Below, one piece after another: positions 1 through 10,600 of a DNA stretch of 41,585 nt. Position 1 is the stretch's first letter. Each line of letters starts with the position of its first letter. This DNA comes from Candidatus Nomurabacteria bacterium (GTDB taxonomy: Bacteria; Patescibacteriota; Minisyncoccia; Phycocordibacterales; UBA9973): the NCBI GenBank assembly GCA_031425235.1, contig JANPIZ010000004.1:132251-173835 (forward strand). The letters are read 5' to 3'. Made by a program: the position numbers and the translations under genes. The notes beneath the pieces were generated by a model, which did no database searches, was not told the origin of the DNA, and was given only the letters and a program-made list of their open reading frames with translations.

Positions 1-1010
1 ACCCCGACAAAGTCTGTGATCAAATTTCTGATGCTATTTTAGACGCATACCTCACGCTCGACCCAAAAAGTCGAGTTGCTGTGGAAGTGTTCGGTGGACA
101 CGGCAAGCTCACGATCGGTGGTGAAGTTACGTCTGATGGAAAAGTAGATTATGCGCAGATCGCTCGAAATGTATATAAAGAAATCGGTTACAATGACGAG
201 CTAGAAATATCAACGCATGTTGTTAATCAGTCCCATGACATAGCTATCGGAGTCGATGCAGGTGGTGCTGGTGATCAAGGCATCATGTATGGATTTGCGA
301 CAGATGAAACCCCTGAATATTTACCATGTGGTGTCGTGCTCGCACACAAACTAGCGAAAAATTTAGAACAGGCTCGAAAAAGTGGTGAAATTGCATGGCT
401 GCGACCTGACGGCAAAACACAGGTAACTTATGCTGGCGGCAAGCTTGAAACCATTCTTGTCAGCACGCAGCACACACCTGAAATTTCTCAAGAAGATATC
501 AAAAAAGAAATCGCAGAAAAAATAATTTTTCCTCTCCTCTCGAATGAAGAAAAAGATTCAACTAAAATTTTAGTGAATCCGACTGGTAAATTTGTCATGG
601 GAGGATTTGAGGCAGATACGGGATTAACGGGACGTAAAATAATGGTGGACACATACGGTGGACTCATCCCCCACGGTGGCGGATGTTTCTCAGGCAAGGA
701 CTCTACAAAGGTGGATCGCTCTGGTGCATACATGGCACGTTATGTAGCAAAGAATCTAGTAGCAAGCGGATATGGTAAAGAAGTCCTCGTATCTGTCGCC
801 TACGCTATAGGTATGGCCGAGCCTCTCATGATCGAAGCCATAAATGAAAAAGGTGAAGACTTGAGCAAAATTGTAAAAAAGAATTTTGACTTCAAGCCCC
901 TCGCCATCATTGACCGCCTGGGCCTCCGCAACCCGATATTCAAACAAACAGCAACCTATGGACATTTCGGTAAAGAAAACTTACCCTGGGAAAAAATTGA
1001 GAAAATATGA
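1..1010 (+). CDS. metK: S-adenosylmethionine synthetase (5'-truncated by window)
   Basis: Frame is open from base 3 (PDKVCDQISDAILD). GAGDQG, GGGCFSGKD and DRSGAY signature motifs present. Confidence 0.98.
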   Translation, partial: PDKVCDQISDAILDAYLTLDPKSRVAVEVFGGHGKLTIGGEVTSDGKVDYAQIARNVYKEIGYNDELEISTHVVNQSHDIAIGVDAGGAGDQGIMYGFATDETPEYLPCGVVLAHKLAKNLEQARKSGEIAWLRPDGKTQVTYAGGKLETILVSTQHTPEISQEDIKKEIAEKIIFPLLSNEEKDSTKILVNPTGKFVMGGFEADTGLTGRKIMVDTYGGLIPHGGGCFSGKDSTKVDRSGAYMARYVAKNLVASGYGKEVLVSVAYAIGMAEPLMIEAINEKGEDLSKIVKKNFDFKPLAIIDRLGLRNPIFKQTATYGHFGKENLPWEKIEKI

Positions 1011-1462
1011 AAAACATAAAAGAGGAAAAGGTATTAAGGGAAGAATATGCTTTTGGAATAGTTCCCGTGTTTCATTATAAAAATGAATACTTATTTCTAA
1101 TTATTCGTAGTAAGAAAAATGGTCACTGGGGATTTCCCAAAGGTCGCCAAGAAAAAAATGAAGGAGCTACTGAAACTGCGTTGCGAGAATTAAAAGAAGA
1201 AGTTGGTATCGATAAATGTAAAATATTAAACAAAGAACCATTTTCTGAAATATCTTATTTTAATGATAGAGAAACTCCATGCAAGAAAATAGTAAAATAT
1301 TTCATTGGCTTAGTCTCAAATAATGAAGTTTCTCTTCAGGCAACGGAAATTTCCGAATATAAATGGCTTGATTTCGTTACCGCAAAAAATACTCTTTCTC
1401 ACACTGAAACTATTGAAGTTTTAAATAAAGCTTTTAATTTCTTGCAGGAAAAAAGAGAATAA
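1007..1462 (+). CDS. NUDIX hydrolase (Ap4A-hydrolase-like)
   Basis: Nudix box G-x5-E-x5-ALRELKEEVG preceded by HWGFPKG. Overlaps the metK stop (ATGA). Confidence 0.92.
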   Translation: MKNIKEEKVLREEYAFGIVPVFHYKNEYLFLIIRSKKNGHWGFPKGRQEKNEGATETALRELKEEVGIDKCKILNKEPFSEISYFNDRETPCKKIVKYFIGLVSNNEVSLQATEISEYKWLDFVTAKNTLSHTETIEVLNKAFNFLQEKRE

Positions 1463-1862
1463 TGTGCTTACCAGCTTCATCTTTATTTATTGGCCTGTGG
1501 ATAATATTTTTTGAAAAGTTTTCATCAATAGAAACAATATTTTTAAATAAGTATCGTATTGAATTTGGTTCACATAAAAAGCTTTTTGTATTCTCTCCGC
1601 ATAATTTATATAATTTTTCTACAACATTCTCACCTGAAACAATAGCAGCTAAAACTTCTTTGCCTAGTAAATAATCTTTTATTTTTTCTAAAACATTCCC
1701 ACTAATTCCTCGGTATAATTCTTTTATATGATTCTCTTCCAGTTTTAGTGTTCGCCGCTCCATAATTGGAATTCCAGCTTTTTCTACAGTACTCATAATC
1801 CTTTCTTTATAAGGAAGAGCTTCCGGTTTTAAGAAAAACACCGATTTTTCATCAGGGCTCAT
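1434..1862 (-). CDS. Nucleoside-diphosphate kinase family protein (divergent)
   Basis: FFLKPEA N-terminus, PNSIR and NIIH resemble the NDK IKPD / PGTIR / N.IHGSD motifs. 142 aa. Confidence 0.75.
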   Translation of the reverse strand: MSPDEKSVFFLKPEALPYKERIMSTVEKAGIPIMERRTLKLEENHIKELYRGISGNVLEKIKDYLLGKEVLAAIVSGENVVEKLYKLCGENTKSFLCEPNSIRYLFKNIVSIDENFSKNIIHRPINKDEAGKHIILFFPARN

Positions 1863-1921
1863 TTCAATAGTTTAACACTTCTATTAAAATAGATATAGTA
1901 GACCTATATTGAACTTGTTCT

Positions 1922-1977
1922 TACGGCCACCCAGGAAAACAAAACTTACCTTGGGAAAAATTGAGAAAATAAGCTAA
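1922..1977 (+). repeat. Duplicated 3' end of metK (relic copy of 957-1010)
   Basis: Encodes YGHPGKQNLPWEKIEKIS* versus YGHFGKENLPWEKIEKI* in metK. Confidence 0.9.
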
Positions 1978-1999
1978 CTTAATGTTACAATAATTCTAT

Positions 2000-2914
2000 A
2001 TGAACTGGTTTTTTATTGCCCTCGGTGCCCCTTTTTTGTGGGCTTTGGTAAATATCTCGGACCAATACCTTGTTGCAAAATATTCAACTGGCGAGCGTGG
2101 CTCTGGCGGGCTAGTTTTATTTTCGAGTTTGATAGGAATTGTTGCTGCGATAGCCATCGGCATTTTTAGTCCGGGCATATTTACTGTCCCCTTTTTAGAT
2201 AAAGCACTTCTGATTATTACGGGTGGTATAACAATTCTTTGGATTATATTATATTTATTTACACTCGAGATAACAGACGTCTCTGCCGTAGTGCCGTGGT
2301 TTCTAACTATTCCAATTTTTGGATATCTTCTCGGATATCTATTTCTAGGTGAAACATTAACAGTTCAGCAACAATTAGGGTCTCTCATAATTTTAGCTGG
2401 CGTATTTTTAATATCCATAGATTTTTCAAAAACAAAAAAAGGAATTAAGTGGCGACCAGCACTATATATGATTGTCGCCTGCCTCCTGATAGCAATTTCG
2501 GGAGTGATTTTTAAATACGTGACTATTGAAAATAGTTTCTGGATTTCATCATTTTGGGAATACGTCGGACTAGGCGGCTTTGGTATATTAATATATCTTT
2601 TTGTTCCAAAATATCGCCAAGAATTCATGCTCATGAACAAACAAGGTGGAATAAAGATTTTCACATTAAATACCTTGAGTGAAATTATAACCATTTTCGG
2701 TAATCTGTTGACTAATTACGCCATCATCCTTGCCCCAGTTGCCCTTGTCTACCTAGTCAGTAGTTTCCAGCCTGCAATAGTGCTATTCTTAACTCTTTTT
2801 GCCACCAAATTCTTCCCTAATATTGCAAGAGAAGACCTAGCATATAAAACCTTAGTGCCAAAACTTGTGGCAATCCTATTGATGACATTAGGTAGTGTAG
2901 TATTGTTTATATAA
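2000..2914 (+). CDS. EamA/DMT family transporter
   Basis: About 10 TM segments in two repeats. FLGETLT motif. Confidence 0.9.
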   Translation: MNWFFIALGAPFLWALVNISDQYLVAKYSTGERGSGGLVLFSSLIGIVAAIAIGIFSPGIFTVPFLDKALLIITGGITILWIILYLFTLEITDVSAVVPWFLTIPIFGYLLGYLFLGETLTVQQQLGSLIILAGVFLISIDFSKTKKGIKWRPALYMIVACLLIAISGVIFKYVTIENSFWISSFWEYVGLGGFGILIYLFVPKYRQEFMLMNKQGGIKIFTLNTLSEIITIFGNLLTNYAIILAPVALVYLVSSFQPAIVLFLTLFATKFFPNIAREDLAYKTLVPKLVAILLMTLGSVVLFI

Positions 2915-2968
2915 TAAATATGTGGTATAATATGTACATATGAAAATATACAACATAAGCTGTCCCCT

Positions 2969-3871
2969 ATGATTCCAGAGTTTCCAAAATTCAAAAAGTT
3001 AGAACTATCAGACAAGAAAGGCATTGAGAAATTTACCTCAAAATTTCCACACTATTCAGATTTCAATTTTGTTAGTATATGGTGTTGGAATATAAAAGAT
3101 CAAACCCTCATATCTCAGTTTAATAACAACTTAATAGTACGTTTTACAGATTACATAACGAACAAGCCTTTTTATTCTTTTTTGGGAGATGAAAAAGAAA
3201 ATGAAACAGTAGAAAAAATGTTGGATGTTTTTGGGAAGGAAGGATCGGATCAAGTTTTAAGATTAATATCAGAAGAAATTGGACATAAATTGTCGAAGTC
3301 TCATTTTAATCTTTTGCCAGATAAAGATTCAAATGATTATATTTACTCTGCTTCTCATCTTTCAGATATGCACAACTGGCCTAACCATAATTTAAGTAGA
3401 AACATTAAGAATTTTCTTAAATTACACCCTAATCACGTTATAAAACAATGCAAAATACAAAATACTCCCAAAAATGAATGTGTTGAGGTGTTTAAAAAAT
3501 GGGCAGAAAATAAAAATATAGGACATTATTCCAAATTAAATGAGTATATAGCCCTAGAGAGGATTTTTGATTTAAAATACGATAATATTTATACTATATT
3601 AGTTTATATAAATAATCACTTAGTCGGATTTGATATATACGAAATATTATCGAGTGATTACGCTATTTCTCATTTTGCAAAAGCAGATTCTACTCATCAT
3701 TTTGCAATTAATAATATATTAAATTGGGAAGAAGCAAAGACATTACACGAAAAAGGAATTAAATTTATTAACTGGGAACAAGATTTAGGAATACTCGGAT
3801 TACGAAAATCGAAAGAAAAACATAAGCCAAGTTTTCTTTTTAAGAAACTGATTATTAGTAAAAAAGATTAA
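2969..3871 (+). CDS. DUF2156 / LPG-synthase C-terminal-like (GNAT-fold) protein
   Basis: SDFNF.S..W N-terminus, DYIY, HFAKAD, INWEQDLGILGLRKSK..KP C-terminus. Confidence 0.8.
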   Translation: MIPEFPKFKKLELSDKKGIEKFTSKFPHYSDFNFVSIWCWNIKDQTLISQFNNNLIVRFTDYITNKPFYSFLGDEKENETVEKMLDVFGKEGSDQVLRLISEEIGHKLSKSHFNLLPDKDSNDYIYSASHLSDMHNWPNHNLSRNIKNFLKLHPNHVIKQCKIQNTPKNECVEVFKKWAENKNIGHYSKLNEYIALERIFDLKYDNIYTILVYINNHLVGFDIYEILSSDYAISHFAKADSTHHFAINNILNWEEAKTLHEKGIKFINWEQDLGILGLRKSKEKHKPSFLFKKLIISKKD

Positions 3872-3892
3872 AATCTTACCTATTTAGCAAGA

Positions 3893-5566
3893 ATGTTATA
3901 TAATAATGATGTGCTTGCACAACTATTTCAACCAATAAATGTTACTGGATTATGCAACCTTGACGCTGGTAGTACTTTTATTTCATTTGATGCTGCCCCT
4001 TCTTTACTTTTATATTCTTATATTCCTGCGATTATAATAGCACTCATTCTTAGTTTTATAATATTTAACTCAAACAGAAAAGAAAATCTCTCAAAGGCTT
4101 TTTTAGTTTTTACTATTAGTTATTCTCTTTGGGTAATAAACATTATATTGCAATGGGTCTTGGTCCCAAACAAGCTCCTCTTTATTGCATGGCAATTAAC
4201 AGCCTTTTTAGAAATAGGATTATATATGTCGGCATTATATTTTTTACAGTCTTTCAGCTCAAGAGAACCCGTAGGCAATAAAACAAAAATCCTATTTATG
4301 GGATTATTATCTTTGGTCGCAATTCTTACTCCTAGTTTATTAAACTTAACATCCTACGATTATGAAAACTGTGTCGCTGTTATTGGTCCACTTTGGTATG
4401 TTATTTATTTATTTGAAATACTAGTTCCAATTGTAATTTTAATTTACGGTTTTATTTTTGCAAAAAAAGAAAAAAATCTGAAGAGAAGGAGGGAGATAAT
4501 CTTATTCTCTGGTGCATTAGCTATTTTCCTTGGTTTCTTCTCTGCTTCGAATATAGGCGGTGAGTTATTACAAATTTACTCCTTCAATTTATTTGGACCT
4601 ATAGGAATGCTTATATTTATTGGTTTTGTTACCTATCTTATCGTAAGGTACCAAGCTTTTAATATTAAATTAATTTCTGTTCAGGCGTTTGTTTGGGCAC
4701 TTTTAATAATAATAGGATCGGAATTCTTCTTCATAAGAGAAACCGTAAATTTTATACTTATTGGTGCAACTTTTGTTGCAGCAGTAGTATCTGGAGTATT
4801 GCTAATTAGATCAGTCAAGAAAGAAATTAAACAGAAAGAAGAATTAGCAAAACTTAATGTTGATCTCGGGAAACTAATTGAACAAAGAGAGAGCCTAGTG
4901 CACTTGGTTACCCACAAAGTGAAGGGTTCATTTACCCGTTCAAAATATATTTTTGCCGGATTGCTTGATGGAACATTTGGAGAGATAACCCCAGATATTA
5001 GAAAATATGCCCAACAAGGATTGGATTCAGACAATACGGGAATCCAAACAGTTGACCTCGTATTAAACGCATCCAACCTACAAAAAGGTGCAGTAAAATA
5101 CGATATGAAACTTCTCGATTTCAAAGACATGGTATTAAAAACAATAACTGAAAAACGTGTTGGAGCAGAAGCAAAAGGCCTTACAGTAGAAACACACATT
5201 CCAGAAGATACATATAACATACTAGGTGATGCATTTTGGCTCAAAGAAACAGTAAATAATTTGATTGAAAATTCTACGAAATACACAAAGAAAGGTACTA
5301 TAATAATTGCCTTAGATAAAAAAGATGGAAAAATAACTCTCTCCGTAAAAGATACGGGAGTAGGTATCACAGCTGAGGATAAAAAGAATCTATTTAGGGA
5401 AGGTGGACGAGGAAAAGACTCAGTGAAAATAAATGTAGACAGTACTGGTTATGGACTCTACACTGTAAAATTGGTGATTGAAGCACATAAGGGTAGAGTG
5501 TGGGTAGAATCTGAAGGTGAAGGCAAAGGTTCACAGTTCTACATGGAACTCGACGCAGTATCTTAA
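3893..5566 (+). CDS. Membrane sensor histidine kinase (multi-TM input domain)
   Basis: Hydrophobic N-terminal half. H-box THKVK, N-box NLIENSTKYT, DTGVGI and STGYGL G-boxes. Confidence 0.93.
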   Translation: MLYNNDVLAQLFQPINVTGLCNLDAGSTFISFDAAPSLLLYSYIPAIIIALILSFIIFNSNRKENLSKAFLVFTISYSLWVINIILQWVLVPNKLLFIAWQLTAFLEIGLYMSALYFLQSFSSREPVGNKTKILFMGLLSLVAILTPSLLNLTSYDYENCVAVIGPLWYVIYLFEILVPIVILIYGFIFAKKEKNLKRRREIILFSGALAIFLGFFSASNIGGELLQIYSFNLFGPIGMLIFIGFVTYLIVRYQAFNIKLISVQAFVWALLIIIGSEFFFIRETVNFILIGATFVAAVVSGVLLIRSVKKEIKQKEELAKLNVDLGKLIEQRESLVHLVTHKVKGSFTRSKYIFAGLLDGTFGEITPDIRKYAQQGLDSDNTGIQTVDLVLNASNLQKGAVKYDMKLLDFKDMVLKTITEKRVGAEAKGLTVETHIPEDTYNILGDAFWLKETVNNLIENSTKYTKKGTIIIALDKKDGKITLSVKDTGVGITAEDKKNLFREGGRGKDSVKINVDSTGYGLYTVKLVIEAHKGRVWVESEGEGKGSQFYMELDAVS

Positions 5567-5578
5567 GAAGATAATACT

Positions 5579-5605
5579 GCTGGATGTCTGGTACAATGTT
5601 GTAAC
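5579..5605. repeat. 27-bp direct repeat, copy 1
   Basis: gctggatgtctggtacaatgttgtaac. 25/27 identical to 6509-6535. Confidence 0.85.
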
Positions 5606-5628
5606 CTTATTAACTAATATGTAACACA

Positions 5629-5650
5629 AAAACACCCTTTCGGGTGTTTT
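5629..5650. terminator. Bidirectional intrinsic terminator
   Basis: aaaacaccc-tttc-gggtgtttt between convergent genes. Confidence 0.8.
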
Positions 5651-5655
5651 CAAAA

Positions 5656-6477
5656 TCAGTCTTTTACCCTATTGATATGATTTTGAAAGGCTAGCATGTC
5701 TGCTTTAGAACCTAAAATATGTATTTGTTTTGCATCAAGTACCACTATTTCTTCAAGAGGGACACCATGCAAGCCATGTTGCTTAGCATATTCAAATAAT
5801 TTTTCCTCTCTCTTAGTTCTGTATTGCATATTTTGAAAAATTTCATCAATGCGATCCACAAAATTCCAAGATTCTTCATCAGAGATATTGTCATTCATGT
5901 GGATGTAGCCAATTTCAATAACTCCATCTTCGTCGGTTAAATTATAAGTTTCTTGTAGCCCTCTTTTCATATTAAGAACACTGGGAGTGCTATTCCATTT
6001 TGGTTCTATTAAATAAGGCTTACGTACATCAAGCATTGCAGCAACACTACCCCCACCCTCAAAACCATAATGACTATACCTATCGCCGAAATAGAAACCA
6101 TAAAAATCATAGCTATTCTGCGTGATAATAGACTTATTTTTGTTAAACCCTTCTTCGATTAAGGTATTTCTATGTTCAATATTATCGCGCATGCCGTGCC
6201 ACGCGATATCTCGTAGTACACTTTGCGGAAAAATTGATTCTAAATATGTTGCATATTCCTCGGCACTACCTATGTTTGCCAATTCAGGATGAGAGTGAAA
6301 AACTTCGGCAATACTTTTTTGCTGCTCTTCATCACCTAATTTTTTTATTAATATTTCCAAATTTTTTTCTTCTGGTTCAATATTATGCTTTGTTTCTCGA
6401 GAGTTGTTTGGATATAAAGATTCGTTCATTGTTTTAAACAATAACAAAAACTTGCCCCTACTGCAATATATCAACAA
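5656..6477 (-). CDS. Hypothetical protein, possible ADP-ribosyltransferase-fold (ART-PolyVal-like) domain
   Basis: Pattern WHG...GFYFG...LDVRKP...DGVI...EIVVLDAKQI. True start is probably MNES (about 6429). Confidence 0.55.
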   Translation of the reverse strand: MLIYCSRGKFLLLFKTMNESLYPNNSRETKHNIEPEEKNLEILIKKLGDEEQQKSIAEVFHSHPELANIGSAEEYATYLESIFPQSVLRDIAWHGMRDNIEHRNTLIEEGFNKNKSIITQNSYDFYGFYFGDRYSHYGFEGGGSVAAMLDVRKPYLIEPKWNSTPSVLNMKRGLQETYNLTDEDGVIEIGYIHMNDNISDEESWNFVDRIDEIFQNMQYRTKREEKLFEYAKQHGLHGVPLEEIVVLDAKQIHILGSKADMLAFQNHINRVKD

Positions 6478-6508
6478 CGCTGGTGTGCAAAAAATACAGC
6501 GTGAGATA

Positions 6509-6535
6509 GCTGGGTGTCTGGTACGATGTTGTAAC
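6509..6535. repeat. 27-bp direct repeat, copy 2
   Basis: gctgggtgtctggtacgatgttgtaac. Confidence 0.85.
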
Positions 6536-6553
6536 TATTTTAGCGGAGCAAGG

Positions 6554-7087
6554 TTAAACTGTAACGACAGTAACGATTTCCTTAGCTACCATTTTAGGAG
6601 TTTTATTGGTCGTATTAATAATTGTGTTACCATGCTCTTTTGCTTCTGCTCTCATAGTTTCCATAAAGTTTACATTTTCCTGTGCAAATTGTTCAATTGT
6701 TTTTCCATGCTTATCACTAAATTTTTTTCTACTTTCCTCTGTGGGATATCTACCCTGTATTCTTTTTTCTAAAGTATCCGCATCCGTGTCGAGTAAAATA
6801 AAAGAGGTATTCTTCTGCTCAGGTGCGAGTTCTTTCATCTCACTGGGACGGAAAAATCCTGAGAGAATGGTAGTGACCCCTTTCTCCGCATTTTCTTTGC
6901 CTAGAGAGATAAGATATTTTGTTTCATCAAACCTCCAAGGTCTACCCCCTTTAGGAACTCCTCTCTCATCGAGATCATGTAAATCATATAAGTCTGTTGA
7001 GAGCATATTTTTCAACAAAGAAAGTGCGGTGGTTTTTCCAGAACCACAGACGCCAGTGATAAAATAAATTTTCTTTGTGTCAGGCAT
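6554..7087 (-). CDS. P-loop kinase/ATPase (nucleoside/shikimate kinase-like)
   Basis: YFITGVCGSGKTT Walker A at the N-terminus. L..RI..R lid motif. Confidence 0.8.
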   Translation of the reverse strand: MPDTKKIYFITGVCGSGKTTALSLLKNMLSTDLYDLHDLDERGVPKGGRPWRFDETKYLISLGKENAEKGVTTILSGFFRPSEMKELAPEQKNTSFILLDTDADTLEKRIQGRYPTEESRKKFSDKHGKTIEQFAQENVNFMETMRAEAKEHGNTIINTTNKTPKMVAKEIVTVVTV

Positions 7088-7185
7088 TACAAAATCATAC
7101 CTTAAAAAAAATTAATTTACTATTACTGAGATTAAGGAAATGTATAACTAGTGCTATACTTACGACTTCTCGTAGTTAAGATACT

Positions 7186-7566
7186 TTACTTAAGTAAAGT
7201 AGAATGTTTTTTATTTTTAAAAAATTGGATAATAAAATAAATAATAGAGATAAAAGAATATAAACTAATTAACCATAAAATAATATACTGCCCACTAAAA
7301 AGTATATCTCCATGGTCAGTATCATTTGCAGCTATAATAGAAAAAATAATAAATGGAACCGTAATTAATAACCATACTTTATACTTTACGCTACTAAGCC
7401 CAGAAGCAAATAAACTCAGAATAAAAATTACAATACTCCAGTAAAAAATATATTCAACAATATAAGCTACCTGATAGTTGTACGACGGTAATTCACCATA
7501 ATATTTTAACCAGATGAACAAAAAAATAGAAATAATTAAAAGAAACAAATTTATTATTTTTCTCAT
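7186..7566 (-). CDS. Small 4-TM membrane protein
   Basis: Four hydrophobic segments, very AT-rich, directly downstream of the lipase-domain gene. Confidence 0.7.
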   Translation of the reverse strand: MRKIINLFLLIISIFLFIWLKYYGELPSYNYQVAYIVEYIFYWSIVIFILSLFASGLSSVKYKVWLLITVPFIIFSIIAANDTDHGDILFSGQYIILWLISLYSFISIIYFIIQFFKNKKHSTLLK

Positions 7567-7605
7567 ATTAACTTAAATTATCTAATAATCAACAAAAAAT
7601 AACAA

Positions 7606-10600
7606 CTATCTTAATCCAATAGTTACTGAATAAGTATTCCCATCATCTAATTTAACCGAAATTTTATACCAGTAGCCAGCAACTAGACCTTTCGTACTCC
7701 AATTATAAATATATTGTTGACTTGAAGAGTCCCATCTAAATGTATTACCATTTGTAGCTGTGGTCGTATAGACTGACTCGTCTATTGGAGCAGTCATTTT
7801 AGTTCCTTTCTGAGGAGTAAGCCATAGTGGTAGTGCATTTGCTGGAATTACTACTCCATATGCATTTTTTAATTGAAATTTTACGGGAACAGTGCTCCCT
7901 GCTTTGAATACACTCAAGGCTTGACCTGCCTGACGAGCAGTGTCGTTGATCGGTTGAAGAAATCCCGAAAAAACATATGTTGGTAAACTAATGATGCTGC
8001 CTGGTGGAGCCTGTAAAGTTATACCTGTTGTCCCGTCACCATTTTGATCTAAAGTAAGTTTTAAATTATGGGATATTGCATCTTTAGTTATTTCAGCTTT
8101 TGTAGCAGGTGTCACTGGAATATCTTTAAATGTTGTGACCGTTGATGCGCCGCTCGGTGAAACTTTTTCTGATTCGTATGTAAATGTTCCGGTGCTGGTG
8201 CCTTGTAATTTTATTTTTGAAAATTGTTCTTCTGGTAAATTTATATACTTACCTTCCCCAAATTCTAAGTACGAAGAGTTACTAATATTTTCCTCAGCAT
8301 AACAAAAATCTGAATTGGGTGGGCATATTTTACCTGTGTGGTTTCCCTCTGCATCGTATGCATCTAAGGTTACTGGTGAATGAATTGATAACCGTAAACG
8401 ATTTGATGTGTCAATGGGAGCCGTAGTCGAGAGATAATTATATGAAGCTTGATTTAAATTTTTTATTTTATCTGAAATAAATTCTAAAACTGAAGTTGTC
8501 TCTAGAATATTTGGATGTTTTACCCGGGGAAACTGTAGTACATTATATTTATTTAAATCAACCCAATATTTCTCCGCGGCTCCTAAAAAATTCATATACT
8601 GCGCGCTCGGCACTATTACAGTACCGTCGCCGTCAAATGTGAAATTCGGTCTTTGGTCTAGCATAAAATTACACCCTGGTAATACCGAGCTTTGACACTT
8701 CGGATAATATTCGAAGCTCGCAATAGTCTCCAGCCCCCATCCAGCAATTTCTATTACTCGCAAGTTTGCTGGCGGTAGCCATGCATCTATCGTGTTATGT
8801 AAAGTTTCAGCTTGTGCAAACAAACTTGGTGACAAACTAATTGGTAAATTAATTTGGTTTATTGGTGGATTAGTTCTGCTTTCCGCTCCAAAAATAAAAT
8901 CCTTATACTCGCCATACGAGCTAACGGCACTTCCAAAAGTTTGCACCATATTAGTTGTAACATTTGATGGAATAGCGGTGTCAACAAATGTTACCGGTGA
9001 AGCACTGACGCGATTGATATATTCCTTGCTAGGCAGCAAGCCGTAAGCTCCGAGCATATTTCTTCCGAGCTCACGTCCGTGAACTTCATTTAACAGTAGA
9101 CCGCCTAAAATACGCTGATCATAGCCGTGCAATATTGCAGGTACCGCCTTTGCTGTACCTATCTCTGGTACAGCTACTAATACAAGTACGTCAACATGGT
9201 CAATCAAAGTATTCACTCCTGCACTTTTATCATCTTGTAACTTTTTCAAAAAAGCTTTTGCGAGTAATCCACCATTGCTGTGGGCAACAATTGTAACTTT
9301 GTCATTTTTGGATGTATCAACTAAAAATTGCAAGGTATCTACAAGCGACAAACTTCCATTTTGATATTTTGTTCCGTTATTAACGATATCATTGATATCC
9401 TGTCGCCAATCGTATGCGTATTCTTTCCAACCATTTATTTTTTCATCTGTCACAAGATTATCCATAGTATCAGCAAAACTTTTATAAATATTTTGCCCTA
9501 AGAAGCCAGCTGGAATAGGTGTGTTTGTTTCTTTGATTATATCACGTGTATAAATATTTGAATTTTTACTTGTGCCATCGGTGTTTAAATAAAGGTCTTC
9601 AACGTCACTCAGTGTGTTTGATTCCCAAAGTTGGTCTTCGACTGGAATACCTAAAATTGTTTTTTGTTTGTATAGTCTGCTTGCTTCCAGCCCAGGCAAG
9701 AATAGAACATTAGAACAGCAAGCGGCCACTGGAGGATACGCTTGCAGCCATGGAGTAAAGTCAACATTACCATACACAAACTCCCCCAAACCTGTCGGAT
9801 TTAAGCTTGCATTAAAAGGTCCCGAGGCATCACCCCAAAAATTATCCTCTGCATGTAGCGTAAAATTTGTATAATTTTCAACAGCAAAATAATAAAAGTT
9901 AGAAAAAGAAGAATTTTTAATAGTAACGCTCATATTACTACTGCCAAAAGACAGAAGTCCTGACCCAAGACCTCCCTCAAAAACTGTACTAGCTATATTG
10001 ATACTTGATGGATTGATTACATAATCATTCCCATCAAAAACTGTGATGCAAGCACTCGTAGGACAATTTTTAAAAGAAGAATTTTTGATAGATACCTCTG
10101 AATTATTGAATACAACAATTCCATCATTTGAAGTAGAAGAAAGATCCAGTTTTAAATCATCGCCAATAAAAGAACTGCCATTAAATAATACGAGTGCCTC
10201 ATTTTCTAAATTATTTAAAACCCCATCCAAAACCTCCACATGACTACTATTTAAAGCTGTTATACCTGACGTGCTATTGTTTATAGTTGCATGTTTAATG
10301 TATACTCGAGAAGAATTAAGGGTTAGCGCATTTTGAGAATAATAAAAAAAGACATTTTCCAAATTTGAATTTATAGAATTTGAAAAATATATACCATCCC
10401 AATCGCCACTAAATGGATCACCTAAATCGTAAGATTCACAAATTTCTCCTATAATATTACCTTGGTCATCTATATCCTCATAACAAAATTCTTCATCGTC
10501 AGTACTACCGCCTGCTTCATCATCATAATTTGAAGTAAAGTAAATAGGATTTACCTCAGTACCTAGGGCGTTAAGTGTTCCGTTTATATACAAAGATGCC

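Noticed and set aside
4681-5370. Long antisense ORFs (also 10873-11412, 20548-20976, 36406-36774 and similar)
   Set aside because: They lie opposite better-supported genes and show no motifs.
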